The notes under the pieces are model-generated. The model was not told the DNA's origin and ran no database searches. It saw only the letters and a list, made by a program, of their open reading frames with translations. A stretch of DNA of 64,000 nt, from positions 1,798,001 to 1,862,000 of the forward strand of contig NW_025764915.1 of assembly GCF_003918875.1 (NCBI RefSeq). Direction: 5' to 3'. Made by a program: the position numbers and the translations under genes. This DNA is from Haliotis rubra (lineage: Eukaryota). This document shows, piece by piece, positions 17,446 to 31,600 of this stretch (positions are counted from its first letter, which is position 1; the number at the start of each line of letters is the position of its first letter).

Positions 17446-19646
17446 ACACCAAATGTGTCAACACAAAACCTATAGCCAATTTGTGAAGATAAAACCCAAC
17501 AAACCATGGATGGAAAGACAAATTCATATCAATGCAGTGAAATGATCAGCATGAAATTGCACATGAAGCTGATCAGGACTGCAACTCAAGGACTTAGGAG
17601 TTGAGTTTTTAGCAAAGGGAGGTAATTACTAACGTCAAATTACATTTTAATTAGTATTTGAAAGAAAAACAATCAACCCTACATTTTTTTCATCAAATAC
17701 AATTTACTTGTCAAAATATATCGAATGGATTAATCTAAAATATGACTGGAGATGCTCTTTGTTCAAATTGGCTCAAGATATCGGATGCTATTTTTAACCA
17801 AAGCCAAGTGCTAAAAACTTTCAAGGACTTTCAATAATACATATTTGCAGTCTAAGTTCATATTATAAACACAGTATTATATACAACATGACAATCTTCT
17901 ATAAGCATGTCTAGCTCTGGTATCCGAGTCACTACATGGATAACGGCAATCTATGAATATTATTTCATTTCCTAATTCTTGGTCTGACTGCATGGGATCC
18001 CAGCTTAATCAATCACTCATGGCACCCAATATATAAGCCTACATTTTGATTATGTAACAGTGACAGTTTTAACAGTGTTTGTATAGAAACATTAATTCTA
18101 ATTCAACTTGGTAACATACCAATGCTATAAATTTCCGACCGTATATTCGGCATATATAATTTTGAAAACCTTTGAATGTATCCCTACACTATTGGGGGTA
18201 ACGCTGTTTTTCAGGGCATTGTCATTTAGGAACCACTGGGCCATTATCATTTGCAGAGGCCCGCTCATTTCTGACAACTAGAGGGCGGTTTCATGATAAT
18301 TCCGTCCCTTTTAGCTATAACACTATAATTTATTCATCATTGTCAGATTTAGTCAGTGTGCACGTAACAAACGTATTGAAGTTTGAAAAGGGAACTACTT
18401 TTTCTGGCGATGGTAAAAATGTTGAAGGAGTCATATGATTAACCTTTGACCTAGAAGAACTTTGACCTGGTTTAAATAATGAATTTCTTTCACGAAAAAA
18501 ACCCAGCGTAAAATGAGTTGAATTAGAATGGGGATAACTGTACTGTGACTGTTGGGGACGTATACCAGTGGTTATATAGCTGCAAATTTAACGTTATATC
18601 GGCTCCGCTTACGCATCAGTTATCCCCTAATTACTTCAAGTATGAAGAGGTTGCCATTTTGTTTCACTTGCATTGATACGTTTTCTTCTCTAAAAAGGTT
18701 TTTATCATCTCCACATATTATCCAAATAGACACGTAATTTGGATACAAACACAAATTCCTAGATAATTTTCCTGTTTCAGATACATTTTGCCATCTGAGT
18801 AACATTGTGAAAAGTTAGTTTTGAAATGAACAAACTTCTTTTCTGGAATGGGAGACCTACGCTAGGTCATGTGAAGTGATGACAACAGCACTCTGGTTAG
18901 ACTCCATGGACAGAGGACAGAACTGGACAAGAGGACCAACAAAATACCTGTCTCTCAATGTCCATTTAAGAATTAAGAAATATTTGAAGTATGACATTAC
19001 CAGTATACACAAATCAGTTGATGTTAATCATTAGTCCATCCCCATGAGGACAGTACAGAAGTACATGTAGAAATGAGGCGATGTACACCTTTATTGAATA
19101 TAATGTATATCACAGTTGTCCTTGGAATCACATTTTATTGACAGTGATATAGATCAACCCATTTGTTCTTAACTTTACCATAACATAAGGAATAATTCCC
19201 AGGATAACCAAGGACATGACACAACACACACTGCAACATGACAATAATTTATTACACAATATATTCTAACAATGGACGGATTTGTTCAGTTGACATAACA
19301 ACAATGAACATAAGATAAGTGTTAATGGAATGATTGTTCAACCTGTTCATATTGTTTGCCTCAATCACTATTTCTACTAATGATAGAGAAGAATTATCAG
19401 ATGAACTCTTGGAGAAGTATGGCTTTGTAAATGTGTCATGAATTTTGCTAGCAGTTTATTTTGTATACTCTTAGTTTTACTTATGTCAATAAGTTTACTC
19501 GATAGAAATATAACTCGCCTTCATCATTTAGTATACATTTTGTTTTAATAAAATGTCATAAAACTGCAGATTCCCACCTTAATAGGTTTGTGTATGAAAT
19601 AATATAAACAGGTTGGAATTGATTACAGTTGCTGGTTATCATCACT

Positions 19647-22600
19647 CTATAAAGCGTGCTTGCCAGCGAGTCTGTCCTGGAGCAAAATGTTGAAGTCCTC
19701 GTGTCCTCGGTACACGCGGCGACTGATTGGGACAAAGTCGCACTCCATTGTCCGTGCAGAGATAACTTGGTTTATTAAGGAAATATTTTGAAATGTTATT
19801 ATCTAAATTGAACACATTAATTAACTCTGCTGAACATGAGGTGAAAATTAAGAATAATTTTTATTGTTCACAACTTTAGATATTTCAAAAGGATACATTC
19901 TTTCATGGAGAAGTTGTTCTGTTCGTGGTGCTGCCATTTCCTCTCCAAATTTGACAGCTGAAACAAGTCATCATGAACATTTTCGCATAGAACTGCATGT
20001 ATTTCAATGTAATAGATACATTATGTACTACTTCATCTTCTTCAGTTCTCAGGAAGGAATACAAAATTCAATGACCGTAATTCATAGGGATATATATTGT
20101 CAATTTGGCTGTACATGTTTGGGATGTAAAGTTTTAGTCGATACTGCTTGGTAATAATAAGCTGTAATATTGTACCTGTGTATATGTTTCATTGTCATTC
20201 AGCTGTGCCTTGAGGCCCTCGTACTTAGACTGGAGTTGCTGAATCAGCTTCTTGAAGGCATCACGGCGACGCGAAAGTGTGATTCGATCCTCCATCAGTT
20301 TCTGTAACAGGTCAACATACAATGTGAGAATTACTCTGACTCAGTCTGAGTATATAGAGATTCATACTAATCATGTAAGCCATACAGTCCTATATTCAAA
20401 CAAAAAGACAAGGTCATCAATATCCCCCCCCCCCCAAAAAAATCTCTACCCTTGGGGATACAGTCAAGAAACGCATGACAAGGGCCATAACTCTGTAACA
20501 AATTGTAACACGGTTTTCGTTAAAAAAAAAAAATGGTTTCCCTATCTATAATGGTTTCTGAAAAAATCTGTCCCCTTCATTTCGGACGGACAGATGGAGC
20601 TCAAACCTATCTCTCCTCTCACCTCGTGGCGGGGGATAATAAAGAAATAAGTTATAACATGTTACTGTTTTATTGCATGTTCACTATGACATGAGAAATA
20701 ACCACTTCATTAGAGGATAAAATTTTAAGAGTGTTTTCAGGACAGCATGATATTCCTCACTTCCTTTACCAGTCCTGAATCCTTTAAGCCCCATTCAGCT
20801 AGATCTGTATACATGAAAATCTGCAGTACAGCTACTCATCTCACATTTTTCTTGGCTTCTGATTCTTCCTTGAGTAAGTTGAGGTCCCCATAGGTTTCGA
20901 TCTCCTTCTCCATGACCTTCACCTTCTCCTTGAGGACCACCAACTCTTCCTTCAGTTTCTCCTCAAACTGATGCATCTTGGCCAAGTCCTGCTGTAGCTT
21001 CTCCCGCTCTGCAGACAACACACAGGCAATCTATACATTGTATATGCATATCACTCAACAGACTAGTAACTGAGTTTACAAAAATGAAAGTGATTTTACA
21101 AGATTCTTGATTCACATTATTGCCAATGGCATTGACAAGGGAGGTAACTTTGTAATTTCGAAAATCAGTAACAAGCAGCCAACAAGCATACTGTATACCC
21201 ACTGACTGACTTAGTATGGTTTTACGCCGTTTTTAGCAATATTCCAGCAATAGCATGGCAGGGGACACCTGAAATGGGCTTCACAAATTGTACCCATGTG
21301 GGGAATTGAACCCGGGCCTTCTGCATGATGAGCGAATGCTTTAACCACTAGGCTACCCCACCACCCAGCATACTGTAGAAGTGTTAGACTGATTTCAAGG
21401 TTGGAATTAGTCCGAATATCTTATGTGGCATCAGACCAGCTGCTCTACCTGAAGCAAGTCCAGTAGCCGTAGTTTCCGACTTCTTCATCTCCCCCTCCTT
21501 GAAGGCCAGATCCTCCTTCATGCTGGCCAGCTCCTTGGGTGTCGGCAGGTGGGAGAATCTACCCATGTTCTGAACACAACACTCACACGTTACAATCAAC
21601 AAGAGCCTTGTGCTGGTTTTATTTGTTTCATGTTTCACAACCTACTGTGCAATATTCTAGATGCAAGACAGCAGTCTAAATGATTGAGTCTGGACCAAAC
21701 AATCTACTGATTGACATAATGACCATTGATCCACAGAACTGGGATACAATGATATCTATCAACAAAGTCACCAAGCTTAACAGCCCAACCCCATTAGTTG
21801 CCTCTGAATACAAACATGGGTTGCTGATAACCAAGTCTAATCAAGGATTTAGACAAAATTCGATCATTTGGACAACAAAGATTACAGTCCCTGTTGTTTT
21901 CTCCCATACATGAAGCTGTGACTGACCTAGCTCTCACATCACTCTTCAGAACGTGAAGGACTGTAGTAGATGGACATGTGAGATGCAACTTGGATAAGAA
22001 ATATTTCCTTGAAAGCCTTACCCTGCTCATGCGCTCCATTGCCTCTACAATACTTCCTTCAAGCTCTGTGATTCTTTGCTAAAACAACAATATGATCACA
22101 ATATACATCATTCTGTATATACACATGTACCTGCCAATTCAGTGATGTTTCATGTTGACACATCTACCGACCAACAGTTTATTTTACTCATATGAAAGGA
22201 TCTTGTCTTGTAGTACAATGTTTTTATCACAGAAAGGTTTACTGTGAGCAAAATATTAGCTACTGGTACATAAGAGCAGGCCATGGTGTATAATATCCTT
22301 GCCGATTCTTACCAGTTCATGGGACTTGGATGCTTCATACGTGTTCAGGAATTCTAAAAACATACCACATAATAGATGTCAAAAATGTTGAAATATAATA
22401 AAAGGTATCTGCTATAGTACTCCAAACCAACTATGTATGCCTGAAGACAACCCAATCCATAACTTATAGCATGGCTTACTGCCTAGTCCAATAAAATGTA
22501 GGTTCTTTCATACGGGTAATTTGGGCCAGACACCAATTATCATGGTTTGAATGAAAATTTAATCTAGTTGGAATTATATAAGACATGCATCTCAATGGGC

Positions 22601-25600
22601 TCTTGCACATAGAGCTGACATGATCTATGTACAATGCAATACGTTGTTGAGAGCAGTAACTTGCTTTAACACAGAAATGTTCAACCTACCATCCATATTC
22701 TCCTCTCTCTTCTTCAACTCCTTGTACTTCTGATTTCTTTCTCCTGTGAGTACACAACACATCATGCAACCATTACTTTGGAAAGTTGCATACATGTACC
22801 TTTCAAATATCATCACCAACAAAATACAAAGTGATACATACCCTGTCAGTGATACACACCCTCACCATGTCGGTGCTATGTACCCTGTCAGTGATACACA
22901 CCCTCACCATGTCAGTGATACATACCCTGTCAGTGATACACACCCTCACTATGTCGGTGATACGTACCCTGTCAGTGATACACACCCTCACCATGTCGGT
23001 GATACATACGTGCCCTGTCAGTGATACACACCCTCACCATGTCGGTGCATCGTCAGTGATACATACCACCATGTCAGTGATACACACCCTCACTATGTCG
23101 GTGCCTATCGTGCCCTGTCAGTGATACACACCCTCACCGATGTCGGTGATACACCCTCACCGTGCCCTGTCAGTGATACACACCCTCACCATGTCGGTGA
23201 TATCACATACCCTGTCAGTGATACACACCCTCACCATGTCGGTGATACGCACCCTGTCAGTGATACACCCTCACCCTCACCATGTCGGTGATACATACAC
23301 TGTCATACACACCCTCACCATGTGATACACACCCTCACCATGTCGGTGATACGTACCCTGTCAGTGATACACACCCTCACCATGTCGGTGATACATACCC
23401 TGTCAGTGATACACACCCTCACCAAGTCGGTGATACATACCCTGTCAGTGATACACACCCTCACCATGTCGGTGCTACGTACCCTGTCAGTGATACACAC
23501 CCTCACCATAATCGGGTGTCAGTGCACACCCTCAGTGATACACACCCTCACCATGTCGGTGTCCTGTCAGTGATACACACCCTCACCGACCGGTGCTACG
23601 TACCCTGTCAGTGATACACACCACCATGTCTCACCATGTCGGTGATACACTCACCATGTCGGTGTATACCCTGTACCCTGTCAGTGATACACACCCTCAC
23701 CATGTCACTATGTCGGTGATACGCATTCCCCCTGTCAGTGATACACACCCTCACCATGTCGGTGCTACGTGCCCTGTCAGTGATACACACCCTCACCATG
23801 TCGGTGCTCAGTGATACATGCACCTGTCAGTGATACACACCCCTCACCGGTGATAATGCACTCTGTCAGTGATACACACCCTCACCATGTGCAGTATCGC
23901 ACCCTGTCAGTGATACACACCCTCACCATGTCGTCTTACGTCACTGTCAGTGATACACCCTCACCAAATCGGTGCTACGCACCCTGTCAGTGATACACAC
24001 CCTCACCATGTGATACACTGTCAGTGATACACACCCTCACCATGTCCGGTTACCATGTCTAGTCCGTCAGTGATACACACCCTCACCATGTGGTGCTATG
24101 TACGTCAGTGATACACACCCTCACCATGTCAGTGATACATACACCCATGTCTCACTGAGTCAGTGATACACACCACTCACCATGTCGTCGTCAGTGATAC
24201 ACACCCTCACCATGTCGGTGCTACGCATACTTCTGTCAGTGATACACCTCACCCTCACCGAAGTCGGTGCTACGTACACTGTCAGTGATACACACCCTCA
24301 CCATGATACACACCCTCACCCATGTCGGTGCTAGTACACACCCTCACCATGTTGGTGCTATGTACCCTGTCAGTGATACACACCTCACCATGTCTAGTCT
24401 GTCAGTGATACACCCTCACCGAGTCGGTGCTACTACATGCACTGTCAGTGATACACACCCTCACCATGTCGGTGATATGTACCCTGTCAGTCATACACAC
24501 CCTCCACGTACCCTGATTCTCCTCGATGTCAAGGTCCAGCTGCCTCACCTCCTCCTGGATCTGCTCGATGCGCTCCTGTAACTCTTTGGTCCTGGAATAT
24601 TAGATGTTATACGTAATCTACCTGGAACAGGTAACATGGAACTGAATGTTCAAGTTTTGATCAAAGGTTGACATCACTTACTGACACATAATTGTCTGAT
24701 TCTGAACTCTGAAGTGCTGAACTCGAACACATACATACTAACCACAATTTTGCATTCAAAGGTTTTGACCATTTTGAACATTAAAATCAAAATTCTAGTT
24801 TTCTGTTGTGTTCTAATGAATGAACTTGATAAATACCTGTGTTTTTCCTACAGATTCCGACTAAAGCATGCACAAGACACACATGTAATATAATAAGGTG
24901 AGTGCACAGGGCCAATGCCAAAGGGAAAGCGGGCACATAAACTAACATTCCAGGAGGTACTTCCTGTCTCTCCATGTGTTCAGGATGTACTTTCTGTTTC
25001 GATATGTGTTCAGGAAGTATTTCCTTTTTCTAACTGATTTGAGGAGGTACTTCCTGTTTCTCAATGATTTGAAGGTACTTCCTGTTAGAGTTGTGTTCAG
25101 GAGGTACTTCCTGTTTCTTAATGATTTGAGAGGTACTTCCTGTTAGAGATGTGTTCAGGAGGCACTTCCTGTTTCTAAATGATTTGAGGAGGCACTTCCT
25201 GTTTCTCAATGATTTGAGGAAGTACTTCCTGTTAAAGATGTGTTCAGGAGGCACTTCCTGTTTCTAAATGATTTGAGGAGGCACTTCCTGTTTCTAAATG
25301 ATTTGAGGAGGTACTTCCTGTTTCTCAATGATTTGAGGAGGCACTTCCTGTTTCTCAATGATTTGAGGAGGTACTTCCTGTTAGAGATGTGTTTAGGAGG
25401 CACTTCCTGTTTCTCAATGATTTGAGGAGGTACTTCCTGTTTCTCAATGATTTGAGGAGGTACTTCCTGTTAAAGATGTGTTCAGGAGGCACTTCCTGTT
25501 TCTCAATGATTTGAGGAGGTACATCCTGTAGGAGATGTGTTCAGGAGGTACTTCCTGTTGGTGAGTGAGTTCAGGAGGTACTTCCTGTTAGAGTGAGTGA

Positions 25601-28600
25601 GTTTAGTTTTACGCCACACTCAGCAATATTCCAGCCATATGGCGGCGGTCTGTAAATAATCATGTCTGGACCAGACAATCCAGTGATCAACAGCATGAGC
25701 ATCTATCTACGCAACTTGGATACGATGACATGTGTCAACCAAGTCAGCAAGCCTGAACACCCGATCCCGTTAGTCACCTCTTACAACAAGCATGGATTAC
25801 TGAAGATCAATTGTAACCCGGATCTAAATCACGGGACTACTTTCTGTTAGAGATGTGTTCAGGAGGTACTTCCTGTTAGAGAGATATTCAGGATGTACTT
25901 CCTGTTAGAGATGTGTTCAGGATGTACTTCCTGTTAGAGATGTGTTCTGGATGTACTTCCTGTTAGAGATGTGTTCAGGATGTACTTCCTGTTAGAGATG
26001 TTTTCAGGAGGTACTTCCTGTTAGAGATGTGTTCAGGATGTACTTCCTGTTAGAGACGTGTTCAGGATATATACTTCCTGTTAGAGATGTGTTCAGGATG
26101 TACTTCCTGTTTCGGAATGTGTTCAGGAGGTACTTACTGTCTCTCCATGCTGGCTATCTCCTGGTTGTCTTCCTTCACCTGCTTCAGCAACTTCTCCCTC
26201 TCCTCAGCTGGCGTCCCCCGTGACTTGGCCTCTTCCACCAGCTGGTCTCGCCTCGCCTCCAGCTCATGAAGCTGCTCGTACAGTCGCACTGGAACACCAT
26301 ACAAAATATTTCAGCTGGGTGGGAGTTAGCTGCAGGCTGCATTTCACAGCGGGAAGCTGTGACTGATTGCAGTGATAAAAGTAGCTCTGCTTACACGCTA
26401 CCCCTGTGAAGAGCTTGGGAGTTATGGACCTAAGGGATGCAACTCAGCACAGTGTAACGATGTAGGAGACAATATTCCTTACAGGTTGTATCGTTTTTGT
26501 CACATTTTTATCTTACCTGCTTCTTGCTTGACTTGTGACATAGACAGCTCCTATAGAGAAAGAAGCTGTCAGGGTTTCAGACAATCAGACATTATCCCAA
26601 CACATTCTAAAGAATATAATATGTCTTAAAATATCATTATCATTCAACTACAAACATGTCTTGAATCAATAATTTCACAGAACACATACATCCTGCAAGC
26701 CCTCGATCTTGGAGTTGAGCTGATCCAGTTCCTGTTGGCCGTTCTCCAGCTGCTTCAGCAGGTGCTCGTTCATGTCCTTCATCCGGAAATACTTCTGCCT
26801 CATCTCTGGCTCCTGCCACACAGAACAACCAGAAATAGATCTACATCCCAGGCAGTGTGCTGTACAAGTGGAGAGAGTGTTAACATGAGGGCAGGGTGCT
26901 ATACACGTGGAGAGAGTGTTAACATGAGGGCAGGGTGCTATACACAGGGAGAGAGTGTTAACATGAGGGCAGGGTGCTATACACAGGGAGAGAGTGTTAA
27001 CATGAGGGCAGGGTGCTATACACAGGGAGAGAGTGTTAACATGAGGGCAGTGTGCTATACACGGGAGAGAGTGTTAACATGAGGGCAGGGTGCTATACAC
27101 AGGGAGAGAGTGTTAACATGAGGGCAGGGTGCTATACACGTGGAGAGAGTGTTAACATGAGGGCAGGGTGCTATACACAGGGAGAGAGTGTTAACATGAG
27201 GGCAGGGTGCTATACACAGGGAGAGTGTTAACATGAGGGCAGGGTGCTATACACATGGAGAGAGTGTTAACATGAGGGCAGGGTGCTATACACAGGAGAG
27301 AGGCAGGTTAACATGAGGGCAGGGTGCTATACATACACAGGAGAGAGTGTTAACATGAGGGCAGGGTGCTATACACAGGGAGAGAGTGTTAACATGAGGG
27401 CAGGGTGCTATGCACAGGAGAGAGTGTTAACATGAGGGCAGTGTGCTATACACAGGAGAGAGTGTTAACATGAGGGCAGGATGCTATACACAGGGAGAGA
27501 GTGTTAACATGAGGGCAGGGTGCTATACACGTGGAGAGAGTGTTAACATGAGGGCAGGGTGCTATACACAGGGAGAGAGTGTTAACATGAGGGCAGGGTG
27601 CTATACACGTGGAGAGAGTGTTAACATGAGGGCAGTGTGCTATACACAGGGAGAGAGTGTTAACATGAGGGCAGGGTGCTATACACGTGGAGAGTGTTAA
27701 CATGAGGGCAGAGGTGCTATACACGTGGAGAGAGTGTTAACATGAGGGCAGGGTGCTATACACGGAGAGAGCGTTAACATGAGGGCAGGGTGCTGTACAC
27801 GTGAGAGAGAGTGTTAACATGAGGGCAGTGTGCTATACACAGGGAGAGAGTGTTAACATGAGGGCAGGGTGCTATACACGTGGAGAGAGTGTTAACATGA
27901 GGGCAGGGTGCTATACACGTGGAGAGAGTGTTAACATGAGGGCAGGGTGCTATACACGGGAGAGAGTGTTAACATGAGGGCAGGGTGCTATACACGTGGA
28001 GAGAGTGTTAACATGAGGGCAGTGTGCTATACACATGGAGAGAGTGTTAACATGAGGGCAGGGTGCTATACACGTGGAGAGAGTGTTAACATGAGGGCAG
28101 GGTGCTATACACAGTGGAGAGAGTGTTAACATGAGGGCAGGGTGCTATACACGTGGAGAGAGTGTTAACATGAGGGCAGTGTGCTATACACACAGGGAGA
28201 GAGTGTTAACATGAGGGCAGTGTGCTATACACAGGGAGAGAGTGTTAACATGAGGGCAGGGTGCTATACACGTGGAGAGTGTTAACATGAGGGCAGGGTG
28301 CTATACACGTGGAGAGAGTGTTAACATGAGGGCAGTGTGCTATACACATGGAGAGAGTGTTAACATGAGGGCAGTGTGCTATACACAGGGAGAGAGTGTT
28401 AACATGAGGGCAGTGTGCTAAAGTGGCAATGGTCCTATTTCAAGTCTTCATGTTTGTTTGTTTGCTGCGGCTACACTCAGCAGTACCTGATCTATGTGAT
28501 GGTGATCTGGAAATAACCAAATCTAGACCAGTCACGATATCATGAGTAGATGCCATTAGGTTACAATCACTGACAACCCGATGACGGTTAGGACCAGCCC

Positions 28601-31600
28601 TTATAATCAAGCAGAGGTGACTTGGGACTTATTCTTGTCTTAAGTTTACATATCAGTGTGAAGTATAGATGTTGAATCTCTGTAAACAGGGTAATAATTA
28701 ACAATTGAGTTTACACATCATAATAACATCTAGCACCCCATAACATCCAGAACCCTACAGGGCAAAGGATTCTATATTGATCAGAATTACAGGTCTTCAT
28801 ATAACTTGCTCAAAAGTATAGAAGTGTGTGTGACCATGTCTCTGGCAACTGTGCCCACCATATCATTGACGAGACTGTCCGCCATTCGCTTCTCTTGATC
28901 CAGTTCTGTGTTCAGCTGGGTAATCATATCTTCTTTCCTGTGAACATCAGATCAACCATTGTTAAAACCACTAACTAAAATCATATCAACCATTGTTAAT
29001 ACCAGCAACATCACATTAACCATTGTTAAAACCAGCAACATCAGATCAACCATTGTTAAAACCAGCAACATCAGATCAACCATTGTTACAACCAGCAACA
29101 TCAGATCAACCATTGTTACAACCAGCAACATCAGATCAATCATTGTTACAACCAGCAACATCAGATCAACCATTGTTACAACCAGCAACATCAGATCAAC
29201 CATTGTTACAACCAGCAACATCAGATCAACCATTGTGACAACCAGCAACATCAGATCAATCATTGATACAACCAGCAACATCAGATCAATCATTGTTACA
29301 ACAGTAACATCAGATCAACCATTGTGACAACCAGCAACATCAGATCAACCATTGTGACAACCAGCAACATCAGATCAACCATTGTTAAAATCTCAAACCA
29401 TTAAAATTAGATCAATCATTGTTACAATCTCAAACCAGAACAATTAGATCAATCATTGCTACAACCAGCAACATAAGATCAATCATTGATACAACCAGCA
29501 ACATCAGATCAATCATTGGTACAACCAGCAACATCAGATCAATCATTGATACAACCAGCAACATCAGATCAATCATTGATACAACCAGCAACATCAGATC
29601 AATCATTGATACAACCAGCAACATCAGATCAATCATTGATACAACCAGCAACATCAGATGAATCATTGATACAACCAGCAACATCAGATCAATTATTGAT
29701 ACAACCAGCAACATCAGATCAATCATTGATACAACCAGCAACATCAGATCAATCATTGATACAACCAGCAACATCAGATCAATCATTGATACAACCAGCA
29801 ACATCAGGTCAATCATTGATACAACCAGCAACATCAGATCAATCCATTAATACAACCAGCAACATCAGATCAATCATTGCAACATCAGATCAACCATTGT
29901 TACATCAACATCAGATCAACCATTGTTACAACCAGCAACATCAGATCAATCCATTGATACAACCAGCAACATCAGATCAATCATTGATACAACCAGCAAC
30001 ATCAGATCAATTATTGTTACAACCAGCAACATCAGATCAATCATTGATACAACCAGCAACATCAGATCAATCATTGATACAACTAGTAACATCAGATCAA
30101 TTATTGTTACAACCAGCAACATCAGATCAACCATTGTTACAACCAGCAACATCAGATCAATCATTGATACAACCAGCAACATCAGATCAATCATTGATAC
30201 AACAGCAACATCAGATCAACCATTGTTACAACCAGCAACATCAGATCAACCATTGATACAACCAGCAACATCAGATCAATCATTGATACAACCAGCAACA
30301 TCAGATCAATCATTGATACAACCAGCAACATCAGATCAATCATTGATACAACCAGCAACATCAGATCAATCATTGATACAACCAGCAACATCAGATCAAC
30401 CATTGTTACAACCAGCAACATCAGATCAACCATTGTTACAACCAGCAACATCAGATCAATCATTGATACAACCAGTAACATCAGATCAACGATTATTACA
30501 ACCAGTAATATCCTAAATGCATAATAGTACAATCAGTTGAGATGAGGTTCTGTTGGACTCACTGTTTCTTGACGTCAAACATGTCTTCTATTTTCTTGGC
30601 TTCTCTGTCATTCTGTGATTTCAGCTGTAATATAATCAATCAGAATACATACAGTTCCTGTGTACAATATGAAAGATACATAGATCACAGAGTATCAGAT
30701 ATTGTCAGCACATTATAGCTTTCACTTTTAATAAATGTTACAAGTATCCAGTATGATGGGGACTGAGTATACTGATAGATTTCAAATTCTTTATTCTTTC
30801 AAAGTGACCTTACAGTCCACATGACAATATTGTCGTCAAGAACGTGATGCTAGAATAACCCCAGTGAAAGTATATAAAAGCTGAAGTCCATAAATGAACT
30901 CTGTCCTTGCACCTGCAACCACGACGAGGCCACATAAAAATACAAAAGTACATACTGTACATCACGTTATGTTCACTTTGTGAGTTGTGTAGTGTGTGCA
31001 TGTCTACCCCTCTGCTGTCTACTCACATTGTTGCAGTCAAACTCCACATCCTGGATGTCCTCATCTGTGGTCAGTTTGTCCACCAGCTGCAACAAGAACA
31101 TGTCTTGAATACACAGGCCACAAATAAACATGTACTAGAATCCTACTTAGGTGTACACGTAATACTGCTATCCAATTTGGGTGAGTTACAGTATTATAAT
31201 CCTACCTGGATGTACTATACACTATCATAATCCTACCTGGATGTATTTACAGAATTATAATCCTACTTGAGAGTAGTTACAGTATTATATTGTGAGTAGT
31301 TACATTACTTGAGAGTAGTTACAATACTATAATCCTACTTGAGAGTAGTTACAATACTATAATCCTACTTGGGAATAGTTACAATACTATAATCCTACTT
31401 GAGAGTAGTTACAATATTATAATCCTACTTGGGAGTAGTTACAGTATTATAATCCTACTTGAGAGTAGTTACAATATTATAATCCTACTTGAGAGTAGTT
31501 ACAGTATTTTAATCCTACTTGGGAGTAGTAGTACTTACAGTATTATAATCCTACTTGGGGTAGTTACAGTATTACATTATTATCCTACTTGAGGTGTAGT

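Noticed and set aside
22746-30532. Long repetitive ORFs ([23 protein letters not shown]...)
   Set aside because: They arise from minisatellites with unit lengths divisible by three inside IFT74 introns and are broken by frameshifts.
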